A DNA stretch of 56,301 nucleotides, from positions 62,001-118,301 of the IMG/VR virus record IMGVR_UViG_3300002835_000043. One strand, given 5' to 3'. Numbering within the stretch: the stretch's first letter is position 1; the number at the start of each line of letters is the position of its first letter. Under the pieces are notes generated by a model. It worked only from the letters and a program-made list of their open reading frames with translations. It had not been told where the DNA came from and made no database searches. The position numbers and the translations under genes are program-made. This document shows positions 24,939 to 35,459 of the stretch, piece after piece. This DNA comes from an uncultured virus (IMG/VR IMGVR_UViG_3300002835_000043) (taxonomy: Duplodnaviria > Heunggongvirae > Uroviricota > Caudoviricetes).

Positions 24939-27446
24939 ATGGCTTGGAAAGCATATACAGATACACAGGCACTAAAAGAACTAGCAGGACTTCGTGGTGT
25001 TGCACCATCTGTTAGATTTTTAGAAAAAAGACCACAAAGTTCTACTAAAGAAAAAATATATCATGTTAAAACAAATACACCAATATATCTTTGGGGTGTA
25101 GAAATGTTTCAGGGTGGTTATGATTGTGTTACAATAAACAGAATAAATTCCGATGGAACATTAACTCTTTACAAAGATAGTGGTGGTAGTATCGAAAATT
25201 TTATAAATCAAGATAAAAAAGTATATAATTTTAATTTAACTGAATATCCATCATTTGATGATTTTTGGTCTGATCCTTATCTTGTAAATTATATTGCTGG
25301 TGGTGATACAACAAATACTTCAGATGATGAAATTAAAAAAATAGTTAAAAGCAATTTTCATAGATGTTTTGTGTTTCCAAATGAAGGTTATTATAAAATA
25401 ACTTTAGATGAAAGGTTAAATCCACTTACTGGTTCAACGGGATTTGTTGCAAATTATAGTGAATCACAATATGCACCAGTTACAGATGTTGTTTCTAAAT
25501 CATACTTTCCTTGGGTATACTCTGATGATCTTTCTACAGCAAATAAATTTGTTGTAACATCAAAATTTTCCAATTTAAGTTCTCAAGAAAAAACTATAGG
25601 ACACTTCTCACCACCAATTCAAGCAGTTAGAACAGAATATGAATTTAAAAGAGAAATAATTATCAGAGTAATAGATGAAACAAAAGATATAGTTGATGGT
25701 ACTACTTCAATTTCAAGAAGAGTTATTGCTCTTAATCCCGGATTATCGGATAAATTAAAATATAATTTAACACCAGTTTCTGAAGGTAGCGGAACTAAAC
25801 TAGGTTCTTTTCATATAAAAGGAAATAATACATTTATTGGTGGCAAAGAATTATTCAATAATGACAACAGAACCCAATATACAAATGGGGCAGGAATTAA
25901 TACCATTAGACTTATTTATCCATTACCATTTTTAACCGTTGGTTTTGATATTGGTCATACGAATCAGGGAATTCCAATTATTAAAAATACAGATTTAGAA
26001 GATTTATATTTTGATAACGATATGGAATTTGCTCCAATACAAAAAGAATTGTATGTTGGTAGCCAAGTAAATAATGGTACATTGAGTGGAACTTCAACTG
26101 TAAATGGTGTTACTAATCCATACAATCCATCAAATAATAATAATGATTCTGGATTAAGAAAATTAAAAATTATAAATGCTAGAAATAGTATTATAGAAAA
26201 TTTAAATTTTTTTGGAGCAGATGGTAATCTGACTGCAAGTGAACCTAGATTTCGTGGTCCAAATCCTTGGTGGATTGCAACACACAACTTAACAGAATAC
26301 AATGATAGATATCAAGTAAAATATGCTGCACTGGATTTTTCGGGTTCTATAATAAGAAATTGTGTTTTTGAAGGAGATAGTTTTACTACTATGTCTTTTA
26401 GAAGCGATCAATATGGAATTTATACAAGGTATATATTTGATGGGTGCACATTTGAAAATTGTACATTTAGAAGATGTAATTTTTTAGGGAGTTGTAATGG
26501 TACTGGTATATTAATTAAAAATTGTAAATTTGAAAAAGCTCAAAAAAATGGCAGTATTAGTGATAGTACTTTTGGTGTATTTCAAGCAGACTCTATGTGC
26601 ATAATGGGTTGTAATTTTGAAGATCTTGGTAGAACATTCTGGATAGAACCATATGGACCTATTTCAAATAATATCTACATTAGATGTACCGATTCAAGAA
26701 AATCAAGCCAACACACAGCAGGAGAAGGAGCAACAATAGATGCTCCAAATGAAGGTGGTTTTCAATGGGCTGGCGCAAATGGGTTTAACAATACTGACCG
26801 AGTAGATAAACATTTAGTAACTGGAAATATTTTTATATTTAATGAAAGTTCATATTCATCTGGTGCAAATCTTCTTCTAAGTTCTTATAATGCTATAGCA
26901 AAATTAAACTTAAGTGCATTTACAACACATTTTAATGATCCTGGGTGTTATTTAAAACCTCCTCCAAGTTCAAATGGAAATTCCTATAATGTATACATGC
27001 ATAATTATTCATATGGGACTGTCTTAAAAATTACTGATTTGGAGAATACATCAATACATAATAGATTTTTAAATTGTGTTTATCAAGGAGCTCCCGGTGG
27101 AGCAAATAGTTTCGGAAGTTTTATGCATGTAGCAAATACAATTTATGGCAATCCGCCATTGTTTAAAGTTACATCTAACGCCAAAAGTAATTTAGTAAAC
27201 AATTGTTCTATAGTCGATTATTTGGATAAAATACAATATCCAAGACCTTCGTGGTATCCATTAAATGATTCTGGTAATTCTGGTATTTATGGTGACCAAA
27301 CACCTACAAATAATGGGTTTATATATGCAAATTCAACCACAGGAGAAATGCATAAAAATCTTTCAGACAGTCAAATACAACAAAAACTAGATAATAATGA
27401 AAATATAATTAATAATTTAACTAAAATAGGATTGAGACACATATAA
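24939..27446 (+). CDS. PKD-like plus beta-helix protein, paralog 2
   Basis: ATG at 24939 behind GAGGG; GLRGVAPSVRF, WGVEM, VFPNEGYYKITLDE; FDGCTFENCTFRRC. Confidence 0.6.
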   Translation: MAWKAYTDTQALKELAGLRGVAPSVRFLEKRPQSSTKEKIYHVKTNTPIYLWGVEMFQGGYDCVTINRINSDGTLTLYKDSGGSIENFINQDKKVYNFNLTEYPSFDDFWSDPYLVNYIAGGDTTNTSDDEIKKIVKSNFHRCFVFPNEGYYKITLDERLNPLTGSTGFVANYSESQYAPVTDVVSKSYFPWVYSDDLSTANKFVVTSKFSNLSSQEKTIGHFSPPIQAVRTEYEFKREIIIRVIDETKDIVDGTTSISRRVIALNPGLSDKLKYNLTPVSEGSGTKLGSFHIKGNNTFIGGKELFNNDNRTQYTNGAGINTIRLIYPLPFLTVGFDIGHTNQGIPIIKNTDLEDLYFDNDMEFAPIQKELYVGSQVNNGTLSGTSTVNGVTNPYNPSNNNNDSGLRKLKIINARNSIIENLNFFGADGNLTASEPRFRGPNPWWIATHNLTEYNDRYQVKYAALDFSGSIIRNCVFEGDSFTTMSFRSDQYGIYTRYIFDGCTFENCTFRRCNFLGSCNGTGILIKNCKFEKAQKNGSISDSTFGVFQADSMCIMGCNFEDLGRTFWIEPYGPISNNIYIRCTDSRKSSQHTAGEGATIDAPNEGGFQWAGANGFNNTDRVDKHLVTGNIFIFNESSYSSGANLLLSSYNAIAKLNLSAFTTHFNDPGCYLKPPPSSNGNSYNVYMHNYSYGTVLKITDLENTSIHNRFLNCVYQGAPGGANSFGSFMHVANTIYGNPPLFKVTSNAKSNLVNNCSIVDYLDKIQYPRPSWYPLNDSGNSGIYGDQTPTNNGFIYANSTTGEMHKNLSDSQIQQKLDNNENIINNLTKIGLRHI

Positions 27447-27447
27447 A

Positions 27448-29037
27448 ATGCCAAACAGTTATGTAGATTTAAGTTTTCAATTGGGATTAAGAAAAATGGC
27501 TGGCTTGCGAGGTGTCGCGCCAGCCATTAGGTGGTTTGATTCTTCTATAGGCGAAGAAGTATATGTAGTTGAAAAAAACAAACAAATACATTTATCGGGT
27601 TGTGAAATGACACCATTGGAAGCAGATTGTATTAAGATACAATATAAATCAAATGCTCTGGGTTCATATAACACTGTTAAAAATTATTATCCACAAACAT
27701 CATATACAGTCACAGATACTACAGATGGTGGGGATATACTATATACAAAAATAGTTGGATCACCAACTATGCCAAGAAACAGATATGATTATGAAACCAG
27801 TTATTTTACATATAAAAATGGTACAACAACCGTTGCACAAGAATTTGATACGCAACAAGGAATCAATGGATCAAATCTATTAAGAAATACTTATGCATCT
27901 CAAGACCCAATTGGTATTAACAATTATAATTTCTCTAGATCTATTACATTTAGAGAAACTGGTTATTTTGAAATTACACTAGATGAAGCACAATCTGCTT
28001 TATATAAAATTACAAATACAAATTCAATTTTAACAAATCCAGATAATCAATCTGATTATAATCTATACAAAACAACAACTAGAGGACCTTGGACACCTGT
28101 AGATCATTCGATATATCCAAATGGTTCATTGTTTAAAAGAAGAATTGTTATCAGATGTGTTGAAAATTTTGATGTATTGAATTCAACAATTATACCTGTA
28201 AATACAGATAATATAACATCTTCATTATTAGAAAGTGCTTATACACCAAATACTTCAAGAACTATTAATCGAGTAGGTTTAACAATTCAAGGAACAAATT
28301 ATACAGGTTCCACCAATAAATATTTTATAGAAACAAATTCTTTGTCATCACAAACAATGGGAACTGATGATAAAAATATAACAATAAGTTCCGGATCTGC
28401 TTATAAAATATTAAGAAATAAAATTTTTAACAATACAATATTTAATGGTTCTGGTGATTTTGTTAAAGTGGAGGTTATTGCTGGAGTTACCACTACTGTT
28501 GATATGCGTAATTCTACTTTTATAAATTGTAAATTTAGGGGTATAACATTTGGCACAAAAAATTTTAAACAATTAATGCTGGATGGGAGTAGATTTTTTA
28601 ATTGCGAGTTTATAAATTGTAAATTTTATATTAGACCACAAAATATTATATTTAATAATTGTTATTTTAATAATCACGGAGATCTTTCTGGTTTATTTTT
28701 CTTTAATGGGTCTGATGGAAATGTGTTTATAGATTGTAGAATGAAAAATATAACCCAACCATTTTATTTTGATAATTCAAATAGTAAAAACAATATTAAT
28801 AATTTGATTTATAAAGTTTATTGCTACAATAGTATCAATATTTCAAATAAATGTTCATTTATTAAAGTAATAGGCAATACTGCTGGCACTATTGGAGTAT
28901 TTACTGGTAATGTAGTAATATTAAATTATATTTCCCGTTCAATTGGTGATGTTATCAATATTGAATCTTCTGCAAGTCTTAATCTTTTTGCAATGAATTA
29001 TTTTGAATCAAGTGGATCTGTTAAACTCGGAAAATAA
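27448..29037 (+). CDS. PKD-like plus beta-helix protein, paralog 3 (shorter, 529 aa)
   Basis: GLRGVAPAIRW, SGCEM, TFRETGYFEITLDE; FINCKF and FFNCEFINCKF. Confidence 0.6.
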   Translation: MPNSYVDLSFQLGLRKMAGLRGVAPAIRWFDSSIGEEVYVVEKNKQIHLSGCEMTPLEADCIKIQYKSNALGSYNTVKNYYPQTSYTVTDTTDGGDILYTKIVGSPTMPRNRYDYETSYFTYKNGTTTVAQEFDTQQGINGSNLLRNTYASQDPIGINNYNFSRSITFRETGYFEITLDEAQSALYKITNTNSILTNPDNQSDYNLYKTTTRGPWTPVDHSIYPNGSLFKRRIVIRCVENFDVLNSTIIPVNTDNITSSLLESAYTPNTSRTINRVGLTIQGTNYTGSTNKYFIETNSLSSQTMGTDDKNITISSGSAYKILRNKIFNNTIFNGSGDFVKVEVIAGVTTTVDMRNSTFINCKFRGITFGTKNFKQLMLDGSRFFNCEFINCKFYIRPQNIIFNNCYFNNHGDLSGLFFFNGSDGNVFIDCRMKNITQPFYFDNSNSKNNINNLIYKVYCYNSINISNKCSFIKVIGNTAGTIGVFTGNVVILNYISRSIGDVINIESSASLNLFAMNYFESSGSVKLGK

Positions 29038-29069
29038 ATTTACTATAATAAATAATTTAAAGGTATATT

Positions 29070-29525
29070 ATGGAAGATAAAAAAAGTATTGACAATAAAT
29101 TAGAAGATGCTTTTAATTTGCCCAAATCTGTTGGTGAAATAGTAGAGCAAGAACCAGTTATTCTTACATCAATAAATAAAAACGATGTAGCATCTGAAGA
29201 TTTTCAAGCAGTTCGGTCAAATCTTTATGATATTATTGAAAAGGGAAATAAAGCAATTGAAGGAATTCTTCATGTTGCTTCCGAGGGAGATTCCCCAAGA
29301 GCATATGAAGTTGTATCTCAACTTATCAAAAGTGTAGCAGATGCAAACAAAGATCTTCTTCAATTACACAAACAATTAAAAGAAATTAGACAAGATACTC
29401 CTGCTTCTACACAATCTGCACAAAACATTACAAATCAATCTATATTTGTAGGAAGCACAAATGAATTGCAGAAACTGCTAAGAGGTAAGATGCAGGAGAT
29501 AAAGCAAATAGAATCTAATCCATGA
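29070..29525 (+). CDS. gp16: Terminase small subunit
   Basis: DFQAVRSNL, SPRAYEVVSQLIK, IFVGSTNELQKLL; immediately upstream of gp17. Confidence 0.93.
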   Translation: MEDKKSIDNKLEDAFNLPKSVGEIVEQEPVILTSINKNDVASEDFQAVRSNLYDIIEKGNKAIEGILHVASEGDSPRAYEVVSQLIKSVADANKDLLQLHKQLKEIRQDTPASTQSAQNITNQSIFVGSTNELQKLLRGKMQEIKQIESNP

Positions 29526-31195
29526 TTGGTGATAAGAACTCATATCTCGGTAATCCAAATCTCAAGAAGACAAATGTTCCTGTCAACTTTACTCAAGATC
29601 AAGTTGAGGAATATTTAAAGTGTTCTGAAGATCCTGTTTATTTCATGAAAAATTATATTAAGATTGTCAATCTTGATAAGGGATTGATGACCTTCTCGAT
29701 GTATCCATTTCAAGAAAAACTAGTAAATCTTATTCGTGACAATAGATTCGTTATTGCAAAGATGCCTCGTCAGTGTGGTAAGTCAACTACCATCATTGCA
29801 GATATTCTACACCATGCACTGTTTAATCCAAATCAAACCATAGCAATTCTTGCAAATAAAGAAAAACTTGCAAAGGGTCATATGGATCGTTTAAAGACTG
29901 CTTATGAAAACCTACCAAAATGGCTGCAGCAGGGTGTTAAAGAATGGAATAAGCATTCTATCGAATTGGAAAATGGATCAAAAGTCATTTCGTCCGCAAC
30001 ATCTGCATCTGCTATCCGTGGTGGATCTTTTAATTATATTCTGTTGGATGAGTTCGCCCATGTCCCTGAAAATATAGCAAACGATTTCTATAGTTCAGTA
30101 TATCCAACAATCACATCCGGTAAAACTTCCAAAATGGTTGTAATTTCTACACCTAATGGATTGAATTTATATTATAAACTATGGATTGAAGCAATAGAAG
30201 GAAGAAACAGTTTCAAGCATATAGATGTTCACTGGTCAGATGTTCCCGGTCGTGATGAGGAATGGTATCAAAGAGAAATCAAAAACTTAGGTGAAGAACG
30301 ATTCCGCACAGAGCACGAATGTGATTTCATTGGTAGTACCAACACTCTTATCTCTGCAGATAAACTCAGAACAATGGTTTATAAGACTCCAATCCACACT
30401 ACCCCAGACGGATTGAAGGTTTATGAAAAACCAGTAGTAGATTCTAAAAATCCTGCAAATAATCACACCTACATTTTAACAGTTGATACTGCTAGAGGTA
30501 CTGGAAACGATTACCATGCATTCACAGTTGTTGATATAACCAAGACACCTTATAAGATAGCAGCCACTTTTAAAAATAACGAGATGTCTCCTTTGGTATA
30601 CCCAAATGCAATATACCCAATTGCCAAACAATATAATGATGCTTACATATTAGTTGAAATAAATGACATTGGTGGTCAGGTGGCTGATTTATTACATAAT
30701 GAACTGGAATATGATAATTTGTTAATGTCTAGTATTCGTGGTAGAAAGGGTCAGACTCTTGATGGTGGGTTCGGAGGAAGTAGTCAAACCCAATTAGGAC
30801 TCCGCACTACGAAGGCGGTAAAGCGTCTAGGATGCTCCGTGTTGAAGTCTCTGATCGAATCCAATAAACTACTCATTGCCGATTACGACATCATACAGGA
30901 ACTTGTTTCCTTTATTTCAAAAAATAATTCCTTTGAAGCCGATACTGGTCATAATGACGACTTGGTTATGTGTATGGTTCTCTTTGGTTGGTTGACGACT
31001 CAAAGTTATTTTAAAGATATGACAAATATGGATATCAGAAAAACCGTGTTTGATGAAAAATTAAAACAATTAGAAGAAGAAATGACACCGTTCGGTGTAA
31101 TTGATGATGGTATTCAAATGAATGGTGATGAAATAGACTCATCTGGAACCGTCTGGAGTGATGCCGAAAATAGAAATAATGATTTTTATACATAA
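29522..31195 (+). CDS. gp17: Terminase large subunit
   Basis: YLGNPNLK, Walker A PRQCGKST, Walker B LLDEFAH, nuclease VDTARG and HNDDLVM; no intein. Confidence 0.98.
   Translation: MIGDKNSYLGNPNLKKTNVPVNFTQDQVEEYLKCSEDPVYFMKNYIKIVNLDKGLMTFSMYPFQEKLVNLIRDNRFVIAKMPRQCGKSTTIIADILHHALFNPNQTIAILANKEKLAKGHMDRLKTAYENLPKWLQQGVKEWNKHSIELENGSKVISSATSASAIRGGSFNYILLDEFAHVPENIANDFYSSVYPTITSGKTSKMVVISTPNGLNLYYKLWIEAIEGRNSFKHIDVHWSDVPGRDEEWYQREIKNLGEERFRTEHECDFIGSTNTLISADKLRTMVYKTPIHTTPDGLKVYEKPVVDSKNPANNHTYILTVDTARGTGNDYHAFTVVDITKTPYKIAATFKNNEMSPLVYPNAIYPIAKQYNDAYILVEINDIGGQVADLLHNELEYDNLLMSSIRGRKGQTLDGGFGGSSQTQLGLRTTKAVKRLGCSVLKSLIESNKLLIADYDIIQELVSFISKNNSFEADTGHNDDLVMCMVLFGWLTTQSYFKDMTNMDIRKTVFDEKLKQLEEEMTPFGVIDDGIQMNGDEIDSSGTVWSDAENRNNDFYT
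31187..31194 (+). promoter_or_regulatory. Late promoter variant TATACATA (gp18)
   Basis: One mismatch to TATAAATA, upstream of the AAGGAG RBS of gp18. Confidence 0.55.
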
Positions 31196-31229
31196 CCTTA
31201 GACCAAAATAGGCGAATAAGGAGAGAAAA

Positions 31230-32978
31230 ATGGCATTCCAATTAAGTCCCGGTGTAGAAATTAGAGAATTTGATCTTACTTCAGTAATTCCTGCCATTGC
31301 AACCACCCCTGCAGGTTATGCTGGCTTTTTTCAATGGGGTCCAGCAGATTCTAGAGTATTAATTGAAACAGAAAAACAATTAACAGATGTTTTTGGCAAA
31401 CCAAATTCAGATGCAACATATGCAGTTGATTGGTATGTTGCTTCAAACTTCTTATCATATGGTGGTGCTCTCCAAGTTGTAAGAGCTGTTGGTACTGGTG
31501 ATGACAATGCAACTGACAGTTCAGATACAGATGGTATTCAAATAAAGAGCAGAGAAGATTTTGAAAAACAATTTGCAAACGCAAATACCACATATAGTGG
31601 TTATGGATTCTACTGGGCAGCAAAGTATCCTGGCGAATTGGGAAATAGTCTAAAGGTAGTAGTAATCGATGGTATTGATCCTGATACAAATGGTACAGGT
31701 GAATGGGAAACATACACAGATGTTTATGGTATCCCAGGCACATCAGATTACGCTTCAAATATCAACGCTAATGCAAAAGATGAAATTACTGTTTTGGTCA
31801 TTGATGAAGACGGTAAGTGGACTGGTACAAAAGGTACAGTTCTAGAACAATTCGTCAAAATATCTAAAGCAACCGACGCTCGCTCAGGTGACGGTAATAC
31901 AATCTTCTGGAGAAATGTAATTAATAATCGTTCTAAGTATGTTTGGGTAGGTAACGAGCCAGCATCTTACAGAACTCAAGCAAACACACAAGATTGGGAT
32001 AATGCCGTTTCATCATCACTAGCATTTAAAACTCTTTCAACAGTCAAGTCATATTCATTAAATGGTGGTTCTTTAACACCAAGCTCAACTTTAGATGAGG
32101 CTGATAAAGTTGCAGCATTCGAGCAACAATTTTCAAATTCAGAAGATGTTGATGTATCACTCTTGATTGCAGGTAATATGACTGCATCAAATGCTAAGTC
32201 GGTAATCAATATTGCAGCAAATCGTCAAGATTGCATCGCATTCGTATCACCAAAGGCTTTGGATGTTCTAAATGCAACATTAACATCAGATGACGCAACA
32301 TTCACTGTACTGAACAATTATAGAACAACATTAGGTTCGTCATCCTACGGTGTAATGGATGGTAATGCTAAGTATCAATATGATCGTTATAACGATAAGT
32401 ACTTATATATTCCTCTCTGTGGTGACACTGCAGGTTGCTGTGTAAGAACAGATAACACAAGAGAGCCTTGGTTCTCACCAGCAGGATATGATCGTGGTCG
32501 TATCAATAACATAGTAAAGTTGGTATGGAACCCATCAAAAACTTACAGAGATAAGTTATATAAGAACAACATTAACCCAATAGTATCTTTCCAAGGATCT
32601 GGTGCAATTCTCTTCGGTGATAAGACTCTACAAACCAAACCAAGTGCATTTGATAGAATCAATGTTCGTAGACTCTTCAATGTTCTAGAGAAGACAATTG
32701 CTACAGCAGCTAAGTTCCAACTCTTTGAATTCAACGATGCATTCACAAGAGCACAATTTAGACAATTAGTTGAGCCTTTCCTTCGTGAAGTTCAAGGTAA
32801 GCGTGGTGTAAGTTCATATGCAGTAGTGTGTGATGAATCTAATAATCCAGCAAGTGTAATCGATCAAAATCAATTCGTTGCTGATATCTTTGTTGCACCA
32901 GCAAGAAGTATCAACTTCATCCGTCTAAACTTTGTTGCTACCCCAACAGGTGTAACCTTCGCAGAATTCGGTGGATAA
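31230..32978 (+). CDS. gp18: Tail sheath protein
   Basis: MAFQLSPGVEIREFD, FQWGP, PWFSPAG, FDRINVRRLF, PARSINFI. Confidence 0.98.
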   Translation: MAFQLSPGVEIREFDLTSVIPAIATTPAGYAGFFQWGPADSRVLIETEKQLTDVFGKPNSDATYAVDWYVASNFLSYGGALQVVRAVGTGDDNATDSSDTDGIQIKSREDFEKQFANANTTYSGYGFYWAAKYPGELGNSLKVVVIDGIDPDTNGTGEWETYTDVYGIPGTSDYASNINANAKDEITVLVIDEDGKWTGTKGTVLEQFVKISKATDARSGDGNTIFWRNVINNRSKYVWVGNEPASYRTQANTQDWDNAVSSSLAFKTLSTVKSYSLNGGSLTPSSTLDEADKVAAFEQQFSNSEDVDVSLLIAGNMTASNAKSVINIAANRQDCIAFVSPKALDVLNATLTSDDATFTVLNNYRTTLGSSSYGVMDGNAKYQYDRYNDKYLYIPLCGDTAGCCVRTDNTREPWFSPAGYDRGRINNIVKLVWNPSKTYRDKLYKNNINPIVSFQGSGAILFGDKTLQTKPSAFDRINVRRLFNVLEKTIATAAKFQLFEFNDAFTRAQFRQLVEPFLREVQGKRGVSSYAVVCDESNNPASVIDQNQFVADIFVAPARSINFIRLNFVATPTGVTFAEFGG

Positions 32979-32991
32979 TTTAAAAAAAGAG

Positions 32992-32999
32992 TATAAATA
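32992..32999 (+). promoter_or_regulatory. Late promoter TATAAATA (gp19)
   Basis: Exact consensus in the gp18-gp19 gap, followed by an AAGGAG RBS. Confidence 0.85.
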
Positions 33000-33024
33000 A
33001 AGAGGAAAATCAAGGAGCAAATAA

Positions 33025-33795
33025 ATGGCAGACTCATCAATTAATTCATTCATGTCAGCCTTCGACGGCGGTTCAAGACCAAATTTGTACTCTGTAACTA
33101 TGACAAGTCCACAGATTGGTGCTTTACCACAATTACAATTCTTCTGCAAAGCAGCAACATTACCTTCATCAATTCTTGGTGAAGTAAATGTTCCATACTT
33201 AGGTCGTATGGCAAAGTATCCAGGAGATCGTCAATTCGAAGATTGGACAATCGATGTTATCAACGATCAAGGAATGTCACTAAGAAATGCATTTGAATAT
33301 TGGAACGAATTATTTAATTCATATGCAGGTAATGCTACAGCATATCCAAATCCAAGAGCAGCATTTGGTTCTGCTACAGTAGCACAATTATCAAGAAATT
33401 ACCAAGTAGTTAAGTGGTATCAATTCTTCGATGTTTGGCCAGAAAACATTGCATCTGTCCAATTAGGATATGATCAAAACGATACAGTATCTGATTTCCA
33501 AGTAACTTTCAAATATTCATATTTCATCACAAGTTCATCACCATTCCAAGTAAATGGAGTTGGCTTACCAGGCGCAATCGGACCAGGTGCAATAGCAGGT
33601 GCTGGTGCAGCAGGATTCGGTATCCCAGGATTTGCTGGCGGTGGATTTGGTGGTGGTTACGGCACAGGAGCAGGTGTAGCAGTTGGCTCAGGTGGCGCAG
33701 GTGTAGCAGTGGGTGCAGGTGGTGGCAAGAACTCCACAGCATTCGGTATAAATACTGGAAACTTCAGCTTTGGTATCGGTACAAGCCGTAGCTGA
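33025..33795 (+). CDS. gp19: Tail tube protein with Gly-rich C-terminal extension
   Basis: GGSRPNLY, FCKAATLP, GDRQFEDWTI, LRNAFEYW, FQVTFKYSY; about 89 extra low-complexity residues. Confidence 0.95.
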   Translation: MADSSINSFMSAFDGGSRPNLYSVTMTSPQIGALPQLQFFCKAATLPSSILGEVNVPYLGRMAKYPGDRQFEDWTIDVINDQGMSLRNAFEYWNELFNSYAGNATAYPNPRAAFGSATVAQLSRNYQVVKWYQFFDVWPENIASVQLGYDQNDTVSDFQVTFKYSYFITSSSPFQVNGVGLPGAIGPGAIAGAGAAGFGIPGFAGGGFGGGYGTGAGVAVGSGGAGVAVGAGGGKNSTAFGINTGNFSFGIGTSRS

Positions 33796-33830
33796 AATTA
33801 ATCAGTACTTTATAAAAAAGGATCTTTATT

Positions 33831-35459
33831 ATGGCATTTGAACTATTTGGATTTACATTTGGCAAAAAAGATAAGGAACCAGAAAAGGTAGAATCCTTTG
33901 TACCCAAGAATTTTGACGACGGTGCATCCGTTGTTGAAGCAGGTGGGTTTCAAGGATTTTACATTGACTTGGATGGTACTTTAAAGGCAGATGTTGATCT
34001 AGTTAGAAAATACCGTGAAATGAGCCTTCATGCTGAACTCGATCAAGCAATTGATGATATTGTCAATGAAGCAATAACTGAAGATGCTAAAGGATCAATT
34101 GTCGAACTTGATCTTGATAAAGTTCAAGTACCAGAAGAAATTAAACAAATTATAAATGAAGAGTTTGGAACAATTCTTCAATTATTAAACTTCAATAAGA
34201 AAGCACATGAACTTTTCCGTAAATGGTATATTGATGGTAGATTGTACTTCCATCACATATTGAACGATGATCCAACTGAAGGTTTGAAAGAAGTTCGTGT
34301 TATTGATCCTCTTTTGATTAAGAAGATTCGTGAAGTAAAAAGAAATACAAAACTTGGAAATGTTCCTATCATTGAAGATGTTAGAGAATATTATGTTTTC
34401 TCAAACTATGAAAAATTAAATCCATATGATACAAAGGGATTGAAAATATCAACAGATTCAATCAATTATGTGAATTCTGGTTTGTATGATTATTCAAGTA
34501 AGAGAATCATTGGTTATCTACACAAAGCAATTAAACCACTCAATCAGTTGAGAATGGTTGAAGATGCTACAGTCATTTATCGTTGGTCGCGTGCTCCAGA
34601 GCGTCGTGTATTCTATATCGATGTCGGTTCTTTACCCAAGAACAAAGCAGAGCAATACATGCGTGATCAAATGAATCGTTTCCGCAATAAACTTGTTTAC
34701 GATGCAAATACCGGAGAACTCCGTGATGATCGTAAACACATGAGCATGTTGGAAGATTATTGGCTACCTCGTAGAGAAGGTGGTCGTGGCACAGAAATTT
34801 CCACTCTTCCTGGTGGACAAAACTTAGGAGAGATGGCAGATGTAATGTACTTCCAAAAGAAATTATTGAAAGCACTCAATATTCCAGAGTCTCGCATTGA
34901 AGCAAATACCGGATTCAATATGGGTCGTGCTTCAGAAATTTCAAGAGATGAATTAAAGTTTGCTAAATTTATAAACAAACTAAGAATGAAATTCAGTGAA
35001 ATGTTCTTAAATTTCTTAAGAGTACAATTATTATCTCGACAAGTAATGAGTCAACAAGACTGGGATCAAATTTATCAAAAGATAAATTTTAAATATGCTA
35101 CTGATTCATATTTTGCAGAATCGAAGCAAGCAGAAATCTTAAGAGATAGAATTGCTATTCTCCGTGATGCTGCAGATTACTCTGGTAAGTTTTATTCGGA
35201 TAGATGGCTAAGAAAGAATCTTCTCCGTCAAACTGATCTCGAAATTCAACAAATAGATTCTGAAATACAAGAAGAACAAGTACAACAATTAGAAAAACAA
35301 CAAGAAGCTGTTATGGCTTCACAGTCACAAAGTGCTGGTCAAGAAGTTGCACAACAAGATCAAAATGTTGATACCTCTGGTGGTGCTATAAATACTGCAG
35401 CATCACAAACAGGTGATACAACAGGAGGTAAAACATTCGATGTCAGCAGCCTATTATGA
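33831..35459 (+). CDS. gp20: Portal vertex protein
   Basis: WYIDGR, RAPERRVFYIDVG, MLEDYWLPRREGGRGTEISTLPGGQNLG. Confidence 0.98.
   Translation: MAFELFGFTFGKKDKEPEKVESFVPKNFDDGASVVEAGGFQGFYIDLDGTLKADVDLVRKYREMSLHAELDQAIDDIVNEAITEDAKGSIVELDLDKVQVPEEIKQIINEEFGTILQLLNFNKKAHELFRKWYIDGRLYFHHILNDDPTEGLKEVRVIDPLLIKKIREVKRNTKLGNVPIIEDVREYYVFSNYEKLNPYDTKGLKISTDSINYVNSGLYDYSSKRIIGYLHKAIKPLNQLRMVEDATVIYRWSRAPERRVFYIDVGSLPKNKAEQYMRDQMNRFRNKLVYDANTGELRDDRKHMSMLEDYWLPRREGGRGTEISTLPGGQNLGEMADVMYFQKKLLKALNIPESRIEANTGFNMGRASEISRDELKFAKFINKLRMKFSEMFLNFLRVQLLSRQVMSQQDWDQIYQKINFKYATDSYFAESKQAEILRDRIAILRDAADYSGKFYSDRWLRKNLLRQTDLEIQQIDSEIQEEQVQQLEKQQEAVMASQSQSAGQEVAQQDQNVDTSGGAINTAASQTGDTTGGKTFDVSSLL

Noticed and set aside
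22147..29037. DNA-mimic pentapeptide-repeat (Qnr/MfpA) or defence-system interpretation
   Set aside because: The repeats are irregular and short, the proteins are large with a PKD-like N-terminus in a late structural operon, and no nuclease or ATPase motifs are present. It is not fully excluded without modelling.
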